A DNA stretch of 64,000 nucleotides. It comes from Methanotrichaceae archaeon (GTDB lineage: Archaea > Halobacteriota > Methanosarcinia > Methanotrichales > Methanotrichaceae). The stretch spans positions 64,001 through 128,000 of the forward strand of contig CAWDLW010000025.1 of the NCBI GenBank assembly GCA_963803145.1. The letters are read 5' to 3'. The position numbers and the translations under genes are program-made. Under the pieces are notes generated by a model, which worked only from the letters and a program-made list of their open reading frames with translations, ran no database searches and was not told the origin of the DNA. Of the stretch, positions 8,936 to 18,718 are shown in pieces. The first letter of the stretch is position 1; each line of letters begins with the position of its first letter.

Positions 8936-10819
8936 CTGAGCCAGAATAACGAAACGAGATGGGATCATTTTCGGAAGCTTTGGCCTGAAAAGATCGAGGA
9001 TGAGAATAAGATATTCCAGCATATCCATCCAGGAGCAAGGATATTTATCGGCACTGCGTGCTCAGAGCCTCAACATCTGGTGAAGGCATTTATCGATTAT
9101 GTCCAGGCATATCCACATGCAATCTTTGATGCAGAGCTGATTCAGGTCTGGCCTTTAGGCATAGAATCATATACAGATGGCAAATTCAAGGAGAATTTCA
9201 GGATCAACTCATTCTTTGTAGGTGAGGGCATAAGAGATGCAGTTAACAACACATCTGCAGACTACACACCCATATTTCTCTCGAGCGTGCCCGATCTAAT
9301 CTACAGGGGGATATTACCGATAGATGTTGCACTCATACAGACATCTCCTCCGGACGATGTTGGGAATATGAGCCTGGGCATAGGCGTAGATGTTGCCAAG
9401 GCGGTAGTTGAGAATGCCTCCATTGTTATCGCCCAGGCAAATTCGAACATGCCTTACATTCAGGGAGATGGTATCATCAATATCGATGATGTGGACTTCA
9501 TTGTTCCTAAGAATGAGAGCCTTTTGGAATACAACAATAATATCGGTTTCCCGGATGAGATCTCCCAGAGAATTGGAATGCATGTGGCTCGAATAATCGA
9601 GGATGGCTCAACGATCCAGGTGGGATATGGAAGTATGCCCAACGCCATTCTTTCAAATCTGAGAAACAAAAGGCACTTGGGACTTCATAGCGAACTCTTT
9701 AGCGATGGTATCGCAGATCTTATGAAAGCTGATGTTATCGATAATTCAAGAAAGAGCGTGGATATTGGCAGAGCAGTTGCCTCATTCTGTATCGGCAGAA
9801 AGGAAATATACGACTACCTGGATGAGAATCCCAATGTGGAGTTCAAAACCATCGATTACACCAACAGCATCCGAAATATAATGGCACAAAAGGGCATGAC
9901 TGCTATAAACAGCGCCATAGAGATAGATCTGACAGGCCAGGCAACCTCCGAATCTCTAGGCGGCATATTCTACAGTGGTGTGGGGGGCCAGACAGATTTC
10001 ATGCGCGGAGCAAACCTTGCGCCTGGAGGAAAGAGCATCCTAGCGCTATCATCAACGTCGGAGGACGGAAGCTCTTCAAGAATAGTGCCTCAACTGAGCC
10101 TTGGTGCGAGCGCCACTCTCCATAGAGGGGATATCAGATACGTTGTGACAGAGTATGGGATAGCCTACCTTCATGGAAAGAGCATTCGTGAGCGTGCGAT
10201 GGACCTGATTGCGATAGCTCACCCGAAGTTCAGGCCATGGCTGGTATCTGAAGCAAAGAGGCTTTCACTGATATATAAGGATCAAGAGTATTTGCCTGGG
10301 GAGTATCCAGAGTCCTTCGAGACCTGTAGGATCACAAAAACGGGCTTGAAAATATTCTTGAGACCCGCGAAGATAAGCGATGAGCCACTGCTAAAGGATT
10401 TCTTCTACTCTTTATCGGATCAAAGCATGTATCTGCGATTCGCCTCTGCAAGGAAGGACATGCCTCACAAGAGGCTTCAGGAGTTTGTTGCTGTGGATTA
10501 TTCCAGGGATCTTGTGATACTCGCTGAAGTCACGTTGAATGAAAGGGAGGTAATTATTGGCGTCGGTCAGTATAGCGTAAATGAGGATATGCACACTGCA
10601 GAGTTCGCCTTTGTCGTGAGGGATGATTACCAGAACAAGGGAGTTGGAAGAGAGATTCATTCCTATATGAAATATCTGGCAAGAAGGAAAGGTCTTCTTG
10701 GATTCACAGCCGAGGTGCTTGAGGATAATGCCGTCTCGTTCAGCCTCTTGAAGAAAATGGGTTATGAGGTTGCGGCTAAGGATGGCGGATCATATAGTAT
10801 GAGACTTATATTCAAATGA
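8936..10819 (+). CDS. Acetyl-CoA hydrolase/transferase fused to C-terminal GNAT acetyltransferase
   Basis: GxGGQxDF and VVTEYGIA hydrolase motifs; GNAT YQNKGVG. The frame is open upstream of GTG 9080 through the conserved IHPGARIFIGTACSEP to a CTG at 8936, preceded by GAGGT. Confidence 0.88.
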   Translation: MSQNNETRWDHFRKLWPEKIEDENKIFQHIHPGARIFIGTACSEPQHLVKAFIDYVQAYPHAIFDAELIQVWPLGIESYTDGKFKENFRINSFFVGEGIRDAVNNTSADYTPIFLSSVPDLIYRGILPIDVALIQTSPPDDVGNMSLGIGVDVAKAVVENASIVIAQANSNMPYIQGDGIINIDDVDFIVPKNESLLEYNNNIGFPDEISQRIGMHVARIIEDGSTIQVGYGSMPNAILSNLRNKRHLGLHSELFSDGIADLMKADVIDNSRKSVDIGRAVASFCIGRKEIYDYLDENPNVEFKTIDYTNSIRNIMAQKGMTAINSAIEIDLTGQATSESLGGIFYSGVGGQTDFMRGANLAPGGKSILALSSTSEDGSSSRIVPQLSLGASATLHRGDIRYVVTEYGIAYLHGKSIRERAMDLIAIAHPKFRPWLVSEAKRLSLIYKDQEYLPGEYPESFETCRITKTGLKIFLRPAKISDEPLLKDFFYSLSDQSMYLRFASARKDMPHKRLQEFVAVDYSRDLVILAEVTLNEREVIIGVGQYSVNEDMHTAEFAFVVRDDYQNKGVGREIHSYMKYLARRKGLLGFTAEVLEDNAVSFSLLKKMGYEVAAKDGGSYSMRLIFK

Positions 10820-10983
10820 ATGTATCAACATTCGACTATTTGCCTAATAGATTCATGCTTTTAAATACATTCGTTGTGCTTTCCTATGAAAAATGATACT
10901 GCCCCTCGTTTTTTGTACTTATGGCACGGTTCATCGAACCATGACGATTTTGTGGTGAGCGTTCAATGTCGGCCAACCACAAA

Positions 10984-12381
10984 CTGTACTCTCCAACTTT
11001 TTCATAGCTTTATATTTATAGCTATATTTTCTTTTACCATTAAAATTAATTCTTGATACAAAATAGATTTATTTATAAAAGTATTTTACTATGTCATGAT
11101 CAAATTAGTTAAGATTCCATCACAGTTAGAGCCATTTCTAAAAGAATTTAAAGATTTATTCACCATACCGAGCTATAATTCTTTCTGTGATATGATTTCA
11201 GCATTGAGCGTATGTGATAAATCTAAGACCATCGCACACCTTAGTGATGCTATGGCAAAGGATCGAGAAGGTACGAAATCACGCTCTTCCTATAATTGGT
11301 TCTTTAGTGATGCAATCTGGGATGAGAACGAAGTAGCTCAGCGCAGTGCGGATCTATTTATAGAAGCTCTTCAGTTAAGTGCAAGCGACAAAATATTATT
11401 AATTATAGACGATACATATAATGAAAAGGAAGGGAAATGTACTGATGGCGTGGGCAAGTTTTACGATCATTGCAAAGATGACTATATTATGGGTAACAAC
11501 TTTGTTACCTCAGTCCTCCAATCTAGAGGTATATTTATACCACATAAAGCAAAAATGTATACTAAAGAGATAGACAGCAGTGAAGATTTCATGACTAAAA
11601 TAGAAATCGCTTATAAAGATATCATCGAGCCCTTAAAAATACCAAAAGGCTTGAGTCTTTATGTTGTTTTCGACAGCTGGTGGTTTTCTGCTGATTTTAT
11701 AACTAAATGCCTGAACTTAGGTCATCAAGTCGTTTGTGAAATTAAGTCTGATAAAAAGGTATGGATAAATAAGGATATGTCCTTCCAGGTCAGGGACTTG
11801 GCAAATCAGATTGACGAAATTTATTATAGAAGAACTACAGTCCAAGTTCGCGGCAAGAAGAAGGTATATTATGCAATCGAAAAAGAAGTCATCTTAGATA
11901 AGATTGGCAAAGTAAAGCTAGTCATCTCAAAGAAAAAGAAAAATGGTGACGCCAACTACTTTATTAGCACCAATTGTTCACTATCTTTGGTAGAAATCCT
12001 TTCTATTTATGAGGATAGGTGGGATATTGAGACTGCTCATAGAGAGTCAAATCAAAAATTGGGATTCAAGGATTATCAATTAAGAGGAAAACGATCAATT
12101 GAAAGATTTATTCAGATGGTTTTCTCAGTCTGGACAGCTATCGTTTTATATGAACTCAAAAACCCACCAGTGGAAAGAAATCAACAAAATAGAACGATTG
12201 GAGATATGATAGATAGTATAAAGGCTCAAGCATTCATTGATGCCTTTATATATGTATTACAATACTTTAATTTGCCAGTTCCTGATAGTGGTTTACTCTA
12301 TCTAATCAAAGAACAGGGATATAAGATATGACTTGATATAGAATGGAGATTATAAATTGGTGAGAAACTTGGAGAGTACAG
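10984..12381 (+). mobile_element. IS701-like insertion sequence (1398 bp)
   Basis: Terminal inverted repeats CTGTACTCTCCAACTTTTTCA / TGAGAAACTTGGAGAGTACAG (19/21 match), flanked by direct repeat CACAAA; AT-rich interior. Confidence 0.92.
11096..12331 (+). CDS. DDE transposase (IS701/IS4-superfamily)
   Basis: IIDDT, FDSWW and Y..RWDIE..HRESNQ.LG motifs. Confidence 0.93.
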   Translation: MIKLVKIPSQLEPFLKEFKDLFTIPSYNSFCDMISALSVCDKSKTIAHLSDAMAKDREGTKSRSSYNWFFSDAIWDENEVAQRSADLFIEALQLSASDKILLIIDDTYNEKEGKCTDGVGKFYDHCKDDYIMGNNFVTSVLQSRGIFIPHKAKMYTKEIDSSEDFMTKIEIAYKDIIEPLKIPKGLSLYVVFDSWWFSADFITKCLNLGHQVVCEIKSDKKVWINKDMSFQVRDLANQIDEIYYRRTTVQVRGKKKVYYAIEKEVILDKIGKVKLVISKKKKNGDANYFISTNCSLSLVEILSIYEDRWDIETAHRESNQKLGFKDYQLRGKRSIERFIQMVFSVWTAIVLYELKNPPVERNQQNRTIGDMIDSIKAQAFIDAFIYVLQYFNLPVPDSGLLYLIKEQGYKI

Positions 12382-12420
12382 CACAAAGTCATAAATAATT
12401 AAAATATTTAACTTAATAAG

Positions 12421-13542
12421 CTAGAATATCTTATGAACGCTCGAAAGCTTTTGTTTAAGCCCTTGAAGTGTCTCTGCCAGCTCTGCATTAATCCTTTTTT
12501 TCGTTTCGTTTCCGACCATTATATTGATGTCTGGGGGGCATAAGGGCTCGGAGCCAACATAGTTTATGAAGAACTCGACCCAATAAGGGGGCAGATATTC
12601 AGGCAAAGGTTCGCCCCTCATAATACGCAGAACGCCAGCCCATGCAACCGGCACCACCTCGAGATTGTAGCCTCCGCCTCCAAGTGCAAGAAGCCTGCCG
12701 TTTGCATACTTATTGGCCAGCTCAACGATCCTGTTTACAAGATAGCTGTAGCCTGTGAGCGTTAGATTAAGGCTAGTCAGAGGGTCAAGATAGTGTGTAT
12801 CAACTCCAAGCTGGGCAACGACCATATCAGGTTTGAACCACTCCAAAAGAGGAGGAACAATCTCCTCAAACGCTAGGTGGTATTCATCATCTCCCGCGTA
12901 CATGGGCATTGGAATATTTACCGAGTAGCCTAGACCTGGCCCTGAGCCGATCTCGTCTATGAAGCCTGTTCCCGGGAAGATGTACATGCCGGATTCATGA
13001 ATAGATATGGTGAGTACATTAGGGTCCTCATAGAATATCTGCTGAACACCGTCTCCGTGGTGGCCGTCTATGTCTATATAGAGAATGTTTTTAAACCGCT
13101 CCTTTAGAATGCATATTGCCAGCGCAGGATCATTGAAGACGCAGAAACCCGATGCCTGAGTGGGCATTGCGTGGTGAAGACCGCCACCGATATTAAAGGC
13201 TTTACAATCCTCGGAGATTATTCGCCTTGCCGCATCGATGCTTCCGCCCGCCAGGAGCCGGGATGCATCGTAGATGCCTTTGAAGACCGGAGTATCATCG
13301 GTGCCAAGTCCGAATGCAAGGTCAGGCTGCTCTGCCATGACAGAGGCCAGATATTCAAGGGTGTGTACCCGTAAGAGATCGGCATCGCTTGCAAAGCTGG
13401 GCTCTATACGGCATGTAGTGCCGTCGAGCATTCCACACTCTTCAATCAGCTTGTAGGTCAGCATCAGACGCACTGGCTTCAGTGGATGCTCAGGGCCAAA
13501 GTTGTAGCCCAGGAATCTGTCTGTATAATAGAGATAAATCAT
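12421..13542 (-). CDS. Zn-dependent deacetylase, AcuC/HDAC class I family
   Basis: HPLKP.R, GGLHHA, GFCVFND, DIDGHHGDG and GGGGY motifs. Confidence 0.93.
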   Translation of the reverse strand: MIYLYYTDRFLGYNFGPEHPLKPVRLMLTYKLIEECGMLDGTTCRIEPSFASDADLLRVHTLEYLASVMAEQPDLAFGLGTDDTPVFKGIYDASRLLAGGSIDAARRIISEDCKAFNIGGGLHHAMPTQASGFCVFNDPALAICILKERFKNILYIDIDGHHGDGVQQIFYEDPNVLTISIHESGMYIFPGTGFIDEIGSGPGLGYSVNIPMPMYAGDDEYHLAFEEIVPPLLEWFKPDMVVAQLGVDTHYLDPLTSLNLTLTGYSYLVNRIVELANKYANGRLLALGGGGYNLEVVPVAWAGVLRIMRGEPLPEYLPPYWVEFFINYVGSEPLCPPDINIMVGNETKKRINAELAETLQGLKQKLSSVHKIF

Positions 13543-13736
13543 TTATAGCCTTTCTCTATCAGCCCTTCGCTCCAGTAATTGTCGCATTTCCGGCAGTAAA
13601 AGATGGTTTCGATTACTATCTTCTGCCACCTTTCAACATCGAGAGCGCGCCTAAGCTCTTTTGATTCGCATTCGTTGCCGCATTTGGGGCAGAAGGGAAC
13701 GAACTCTTCAAGCACTGCCTGATCCTCATTAGGCAT
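13539..13736 (-). CDS. Small zinc-ribbon protein
   Basis: CPKC...CRKC; GAGGA upstream of ATG 13736 (alternative TTG 13766); stop overlaps the HDAC start. Confidence 0.65.
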   Translation of the reverse strand: MPNEDQAVLEEFVPFCPKCGNECESKELRRALDVERWQKIVIETIFYCRKCDNYWSEGLIEKGYK

Positions 13737-13797
13737 TATTATTCCTCTTAATTCAGAGTAATGCAATCAAGGCAAAAAAGGTATCGGTGATCTGAAG

Positions 13798-14083
13798 GGC
13801 ATTAGAATGGCATTAGAATGGCATTACGATGGCATTACGATGGCATTACGATGGCATTACGATGGCATTACGATGGCATTACGATGGCATTACGATGGCA
13901 TTACGATGGCATTACGATGGCATTACGATGGCATTACGATGGCATTACGATGGCATTACGATGGCATTACGATGGCATTACGATGGCATTACGATGGCAT
14001 TACGATGGCATTACGATGGCATTACGATGGCATTACGATGGCATTACGATGGCATTACGATGGCATTACGATGGCGTTAGAAT
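13798..14083. repeat. 11-bp tandem repeat array, 26 units
   Basis: 2x GGCATTAGAAT + 23x perfect GGCATTACGAT (13820-14072) + 1x GGCGTTAGAAT. There are no spacers, so this is not a CRISPR. Confidence 0.98.
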
Positions 14084-14955
14084 GGCCTCACACCTGCCAG
14101 TATGCATCCTGCGAGAAATCCAAGTATTGCACCTGAATCCAGGAATGGAAGGCCGGCCTGAGGTTTGTCTCGCGATGTCATCATCAGGGCTAGAAAGCCT
14201 AAATATGTTCCGACCATTGCGCCAATTGCAGGTATATTCACTCCGTAAATGCTCGCAGCATGGAGCGACCAGTTGGCTGATATTACCAATATCGTGGGCA
14301 TTATGGCGTCTCCAAGCCCAAGGAAGTAGGCACCTTTGGCTTTTTCAGCTGACTGGCTTGAAATCGATACCTGATCCTCCCTGAAGCTGTAACCCTTGGA
14401 CTTAGGAACAACGAAAAGAAGCGGAGCTTTTAGGTTTATCACACCTTCTGCCAGGGTGACCATATGCCTTGTCTTATAAACTGAGATGGCATCATAGACC
14501 GCCAATATTATCAGTAGTATCAATGCTGGAAGGGTGGTCATACTTATGCCGAAGAGGGAGGCAATCCCACCGCATATGAAAATGCCTATGATATCAATAA
14601 CATACCATTCAGGATAGAAGCGCAGTAGAATGAGCATTACTATTGTGAGCACTAACGAGATGACCAGCGGCAGGAATGCTGTCAGGATATAGAATATGCT
14701 TGTTGCCACAGATATCAGTATGAATCCGCCTATGACCCATCCACGCCTGAGCCTCATGGCGATAAGCAGAAGTAATGTGAATCCCACTATGAGAATCACA
14801 TAAATAAAGGGGTTTGCGGCAGATGATGGATTTTCGAATACCCTTGTGTTGCTGATCTCAAAGGAAGGCATGAATGCTAGGGCTAAAAGCTGTACGATTA
14901 TCATGAAGAACAGCATTGCAAGCATAGGCGTGCGGCTTTCTGAGCTTTCTGTCAT
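14077..14955 (-). CDS. Presenilin-family intramembrane aspartyl protease (PSH)
   Basis: YD and GLGD catalytic motifs, PQAGLP (PAL-like) motif, multiple TMs. Confidence 0.92.
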   Translation of the reverse strand: MTESSESRTPMLAMLFFMIIVQLLALAFMPSFEISNTRVFENPSSAANPFIYVILIVGFTLLLLIAMRLRRGWVIGGFILISVATSIFYILTAFLPLVISLVLTIVMLILLRFYPEWYVIDIIGIFICGGIASLFGISMTTLPALILLIILAVYDAISVYKTRHMVTLAEGVINLKAPLLFVVPKSKGYSFREDQVSISSQSAEKAKGAYFLGLGDAIMPTILVISANWSLHAASIYGVNIPAIGAMVGTYLGFLALMMTSRDKPQAGLPFLDSGAILGFLAGCILAGVRPF

Positions 14956-15010
14956 TATATTAATAGTATCTGGCCTAGATTATCTAGATTATTACTCTAT
15001 ACCTTCATCT

Positions 15011-15529
15011 CTAACTTTCGCGTTCTAGAAGCAGCTCTAGATATGATTTTCTTATAGATTCACCCAAGCCAAGTTTTATCATAAGGTCTTGAAGCAGTCT
15101 CTTCTTCTCGAGCCAATCATCGCCTCCGCCGATCTCTATCTCTATGAATGACCCAAGGCCCGAAACATCATCCATAGCGAAAATGATATCGCCTAGGGCA
15201 TACTTTGTCCTGCTCTTTATCACCTCGCCAGAGGGCACAAAACCCAAGGATAGAAGTATCTGTGTCATTGCGTCAGGGTCATCTATCTTGATTGTCAGCT
15301 CCTTCCTGGACTTTGTCTCACTATCGAGCTTAGGCCCTTTGTAGGTTAGACGTGCGCCCTCATCTTTAATCCTTATACGCAGGGCCTCATCGCTCCCCTT
15401 AAAATCCCGAACAGGCGAGTTAAAATAAATATCGCGATGGTGCTCTGTGCCAACAAGAACTGCACCGAGCGCCTTTATCCTCGGAAGCGTATCAGGTTTT
15501 AAGCGCGCCTTGACCTCGACCTCTATCAT
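15011..15529 (-). CDS. cyaB: CYTH-domain protein (class IV adenylate cyclase-like)
   Basis: EVEVK, D.YF, ALRIR, LTYKGP and FIEIE motifs. Confidence 0.9.
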   Translation of the reverse strand: MIEVEVKARLKPDTLPRIKALGAVLVGTEHHRDIYFNSPVRDFKGSDEALRIRIKDEGARLTYKGPKLDSETKSRKELTIKIDDPDAMTQILLSLGFVPSGEVIKSRTKYALGDIIFAMDDVSGLGSFIEIEIGGGDDWLEKKRLLQDLMIKLGLGESIRKSYLELLLERES

Positions 15530-18102
15530 TTTCTAACCAGCACAGTTGCTGTCCCAACCTTCAGTACATCCACTGCAGTGCCCGCGGAAAGTGTTTCTGT
15601 GATGATCTCGACAGAATCGGGAGCCACCTCAATCGTCTCGCCATCTAAGCTGATTTTGATAGAGCCAGCTGCCTTCTGCTCTGCGACCTCACCAGGATTC
15701 ATAGCTAAAAGAGCCTTGATGACTTTCCCGCTTTTATCCTTGAACCTTGGGCCAAGTATCTTCATTTGGGGCTTAGTCTCAATTGGCCTCATCTCTATAT
15801 CAGGCAGGCCCTTTCTGCTTTCTACTTGAGAGTTTGCCACACCCTGAAGGTCCATGGTCTCCAAATCCATATCGGAGTTTATGATTATTCCAGGCAGAGG
15901 TGAGTTCAAAGCCATGCCCTTCTCGGACTTGTACCTGCGCAACGCAGCAGCGATCTCCTTTATCAGCATACCTGCGGGATCTACGGCAATACCAGATGTC
16001 TCCGGCCAACTCTGGACATGAACGCTCTCGCCTGTGAGGGAGCGGTAGATCTCCTCGGCGATGAAGGGAATGAAAGGTGCCATCATTCTTGTAAGAGTCT
16101 CTATGGCAGTATACAGTGTGTTCTGCGCTGCTCTTTTCTCATGGCTGTTCTGCCCATAGAGCCTGGCCTTAACTAGCTCAATGTAATTATCTGCCAGCAC
16201 CTCCCAGGTGAAGGTTCTGATTGCCCTGAATGCCTCATCAAACTGGTACTTATCCATTGCACCTGTAGCAGCCTTAACCAGTGAATCAAGCTCGCCAAGC
16301 AACCATCTATCGACTTGTCCAGGGGACTCTCCCGTAGGAGCCATCAAGGGCGTCGAGAATCTGTAGATCGACCACAGCTTCTGCTGGAACCTGCTGGCTG
16401 CAGTTATCTCCTTCCACTGAAACATTACATCGTTTCCTGGACTGCCGCCTAAGGCTGCCCACTGCCTCAGTGCATCAGCCCCATTAGCCTCGAAAACCTG
16501 CTCCGGTATTATAAAATTGCCCAGGGACTTAGACATCTTTCGTCCGTCTTCTCCCAGAACCATGCCGTTAATAAGAATTGCGTCCCATGGCCGAATGCCT
16601 ACAAGATCCATGCATCTGAGTATTGTGTAGAACGCCCAAGTCCTTATGATATCATGGCCCTGCGATCTGAGCTGAGTTGGAGATCTCAGGTCAGGCCGTG
16701 AGGGCCATCCTGCAACTGCCAAGGCAGATATAGAGCTATCCATCCATGTATCAAGCACATCCTCCTCGGGCTTAAACTCACTACATCCGCATTTGCATTT
16801 TGTGGGCGGCTCTGCCCTGGTAGGATCAAGGGGAAGCCAGTCCTCTTCTGCAACTAAAACCTCGCCGCAGTCTTTGCAGTACCAGACGGGTATTGGTGTT
16901 GCGAATATCCTCTGCCTCGATATACACCAGTCCCATTCGACGGAGTCAGCCCAGTTCTTTAGCCTTGTCTCCATATATGGGGGTATCCAATCGATCTCCT
17001 TGGATGTCCTCTTGATCTCATCAGGATCTATCTTGACGAACCATTGTCTACCCGATAGAATCTCTATAGGCGTTTTGCATCTCCAGCATAGTCCGACGTT
17101 CTGCTCCAGAGGCTCCTGCTTATAGATGATGCCCTTGTTCTTCATGTCCTCAATAATCGCATGCTTTGCCTCGTCAATAGAGAGACTCGCATATTTCCCG
17201 GAAATTTCAGTTAGCCTGCCGTTTCTATCTATAGCCTGGCGTAAGGGGAGATCATGCTCCATCCACCATCTAACATCCTGCTTATCGCCAAAGGTACAGA
17301 TCATAACTACGCCCGTGCCGAACTTCGGATCGACGGCGACGTCAGTCAATACTGGAACATCATAACCAAAAAGAGGCACAGTCACCTTTGTGCCTGCATA
17401 TCCTTTGTACCTCGCGTCCTCTGGGTTTATTGCAACAGCAACGCATGCGGGCAAAAGCTCAGGCCTTGAGGTGGCGATTTCCAAAAATCCGTACTCGCTC
17501 GGAAAACGCATATAATTAAGAGCAGTGTTACGAGAATCGTATTCGACTTCTGCAAGGGCGATTGCAGTGCCGCAACGAGGGCACCAGTTGACTGGGTGAT
17601 CTTCACGATATATGAGTCCCTTTTTATACATTTGAACAAATGAGCGTTGTGTCTTAACGTAGTACTCAGGACTCATCGTCACATATTCGTTTGACCAATC
17701 TGTCGAAATCCCAAGCCGATTTATAGTTCCTCTGAACCTCTCTATAGCCTCTGATGTCATCTGCTCGCAGAGCCTTCTGAACTCATCCCGGGGGATCTCG
17801 TTCTTCGTTATATGGTACTTCTCCTCAACCTTAACCTCTGTGGGAAGTCCGTGGCAATCCCAACCCTGAGGGAACATGACATTGAATCCTTGCATCCTCT
17901 TATAGCGGGCGGCGAAATCCATATAGCACCAGTTGAGTGCATTGCCTATGTGGAAGTTGCCAGTAGGGTAAGGCGGAGGCGTATCTATTATGTATTGGGG
18001 CTTCTTGGATACCCAATCGAAGTAGTAGATGGACTTATCCCAGCTATCAACCCATTTCTCCTCTGTTTGCTTGAAGTTGTACTCTTTTGAGACCTCGCTC
18101 AT
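15526..18102 (-). CDS. valS: Valine--tRNA ligase
   Basis: DTPPPY, HIGN, GWDCHGLP, DWCISRQR and KMSKS motifs. Start moved to ATG 18102 (MSEVSKEY). Confidence 0.97.
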   Translation of the reverse strand: MSEVSKEYNFKQTEEKWVDSWDKSIYYFDWVSKKPQYIIDTPPPYPTGNFHIGNALNWCYMDFAARYKRMQGFNVMFPQGWDCHGLPTEVKVEEKYHITKNEIPRDEFRRLCEQMTSEAIERFRGTINRLGISTDWSNEYVTMSPEYYVKTQRSFVQMYKKGLIYREDHPVNWCPRCGTAIALAEVEYDSRNTALNYMRFPSEYGFLEIATSRPELLPACVAVAINPEDARYKGYAGTKVTVPLFGYDVPVLTDVAVDPKFGTGVVMICTFGDKQDVRWWMEHDLPLRQAIDRNGRLTEISGKYASLSIDEAKHAIIEDMKNKGIIYKQEPLEQNVGLCWRCKTPIEILSGRQWFVKIDPDEIKRTSKEIDWIPPYMETRLKNWADSVEWDWCISRQRIFATPIPVWYCKDCGEVLVAEEDWLPLDPTRAEPPTKCKCGCSEFKPEEDVLDTWMDSSISALAVAGWPSRPDLRSPTQLRSQGHDIIRTWAFYTILRCMDLVGIRPWDAILINGMVLGEDGRKMSKSLGNFIIPEQVFEANGADALRQWAALGGSPGNDVMFQWKEITAASRFQQKLWSIYRFSTPLMAPTGESPGQVDRWLLGELDSLVKAATGAMDKYQFDEAFRAIRTFTWEVLADNYIELVKARLYGQNSHEKRAAQNTLYTAIETLTRMMAPFIPFIAEEIYRSLTGESVHVQSWPETSGIAVDPAGMLIKEIAAALRRYKSEKGMALNSPLPGIIINSDMDLETMDLQGVANSQVESRKGLPDIEMRPIETKPQMKILGPRFKDKSGKVIKALLAMNPGEVAEQKAAGSIKISLDGETIEVAPDSVEIITETLSAGTAVDVLKVGTATVLVRK

Positions 18103-18174
18103 CAGAAAGCTCCTGCTCTGTGGCTGTATGGGAGTTGAACACAATGTTAATAGGATTATCGGTGGATCATTATT

Positions 18175-18684
18175 ATGATGGAGCTTGTAATATATCATGC
18201 AAACCAGTGCGACCCCAAAAAGTGCTCAGGAAAAAAGCTGGCACGCTTTCATCTTGCCAGGCTTACAAAGCGCATAAATGATCTGCGACCTTACATCGTC
18301 CTAAGCCCATTCTCAGAGAAGGCGATATCGCCTGAGGACCGCAGCGTAAGGGGCATTGCTGCGCTAGATTGCAGTTGGGCTCATGCAGAGGAGGTTTTCA
18401 AGAGGTTGAACCTTAGGACAAGAGCGTTGCCATATCTCATTGCGGCCAATCCAGTGAATTTTGGAAAACCATTTCAACTCTCTACCGTAGAGGCTTTGGC
18501 AGCTGCTTTAGTCATACTTGGTGAGCCCGGGAAGGCAGAGGAAATATTGAGCAAATTCTCGTGGGGACATGTCTTCCTCGAAGTCAATCGTGAACCTTTA
18601 CAAGAGTATGCTTCAGCCAAAGACTCCACCGAGGTTGTTAAAATTCAGATGGCATATCTAGGATATCTATCGGAACAAATATAA
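18175..18684 (+). CDS. tsr3: 16S/18S rRNA aminocarboxypropyltransferase Tsr3 (DUF367)
   Basis: [29 protein letters not shown] and F.WG..F motifs. Confidence 0.93.
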   Translation: MMELVIYHANQCDPKKCSGKKLARFHLARLTKRINDLRPYIVLSPFSEKAISPEDRSVRGIAALDCSWAHAEEVFKRLNLRTRALPYLIAANPVNFGKPFQLSTVEALAAALVILGEPGKAEEILSKFSWGHVFLEVNREPLQEYASAKDSTEVVKIQMAYLGYLSEQI

Positions 18685-18718
18685 GCTGCTAGAGCATATA
18701 TCCTTGGGGTGATGCTAT

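Noticed and set aside
10874-11056. 60-aa ORF and small hairpin left of the IS
   Set aside because: The ORF crosses the IS boundary and has no recognisable features.
13798-14083. Possible CRISPR array
   Set aside because: Contiguous 11-bp units with no unique spacers, and no cas genes in the window.
13807-14384. (MALRWHYDGIT)n ORFs on the + strand
   Set aside because: They arise in all three frames simply because the 11-bp unit has no + strand stop. There is no clear RBS, and the longer ones run antisense into the presenilin gene.
18103-18198. Extended N-terminus of ValS (similarly RibBA 20481, SSS 29142, GT4 55445, M50 3931)
   Set aside because: The extensions overlap neighbouring genes or promoters and precede the conserved family start.
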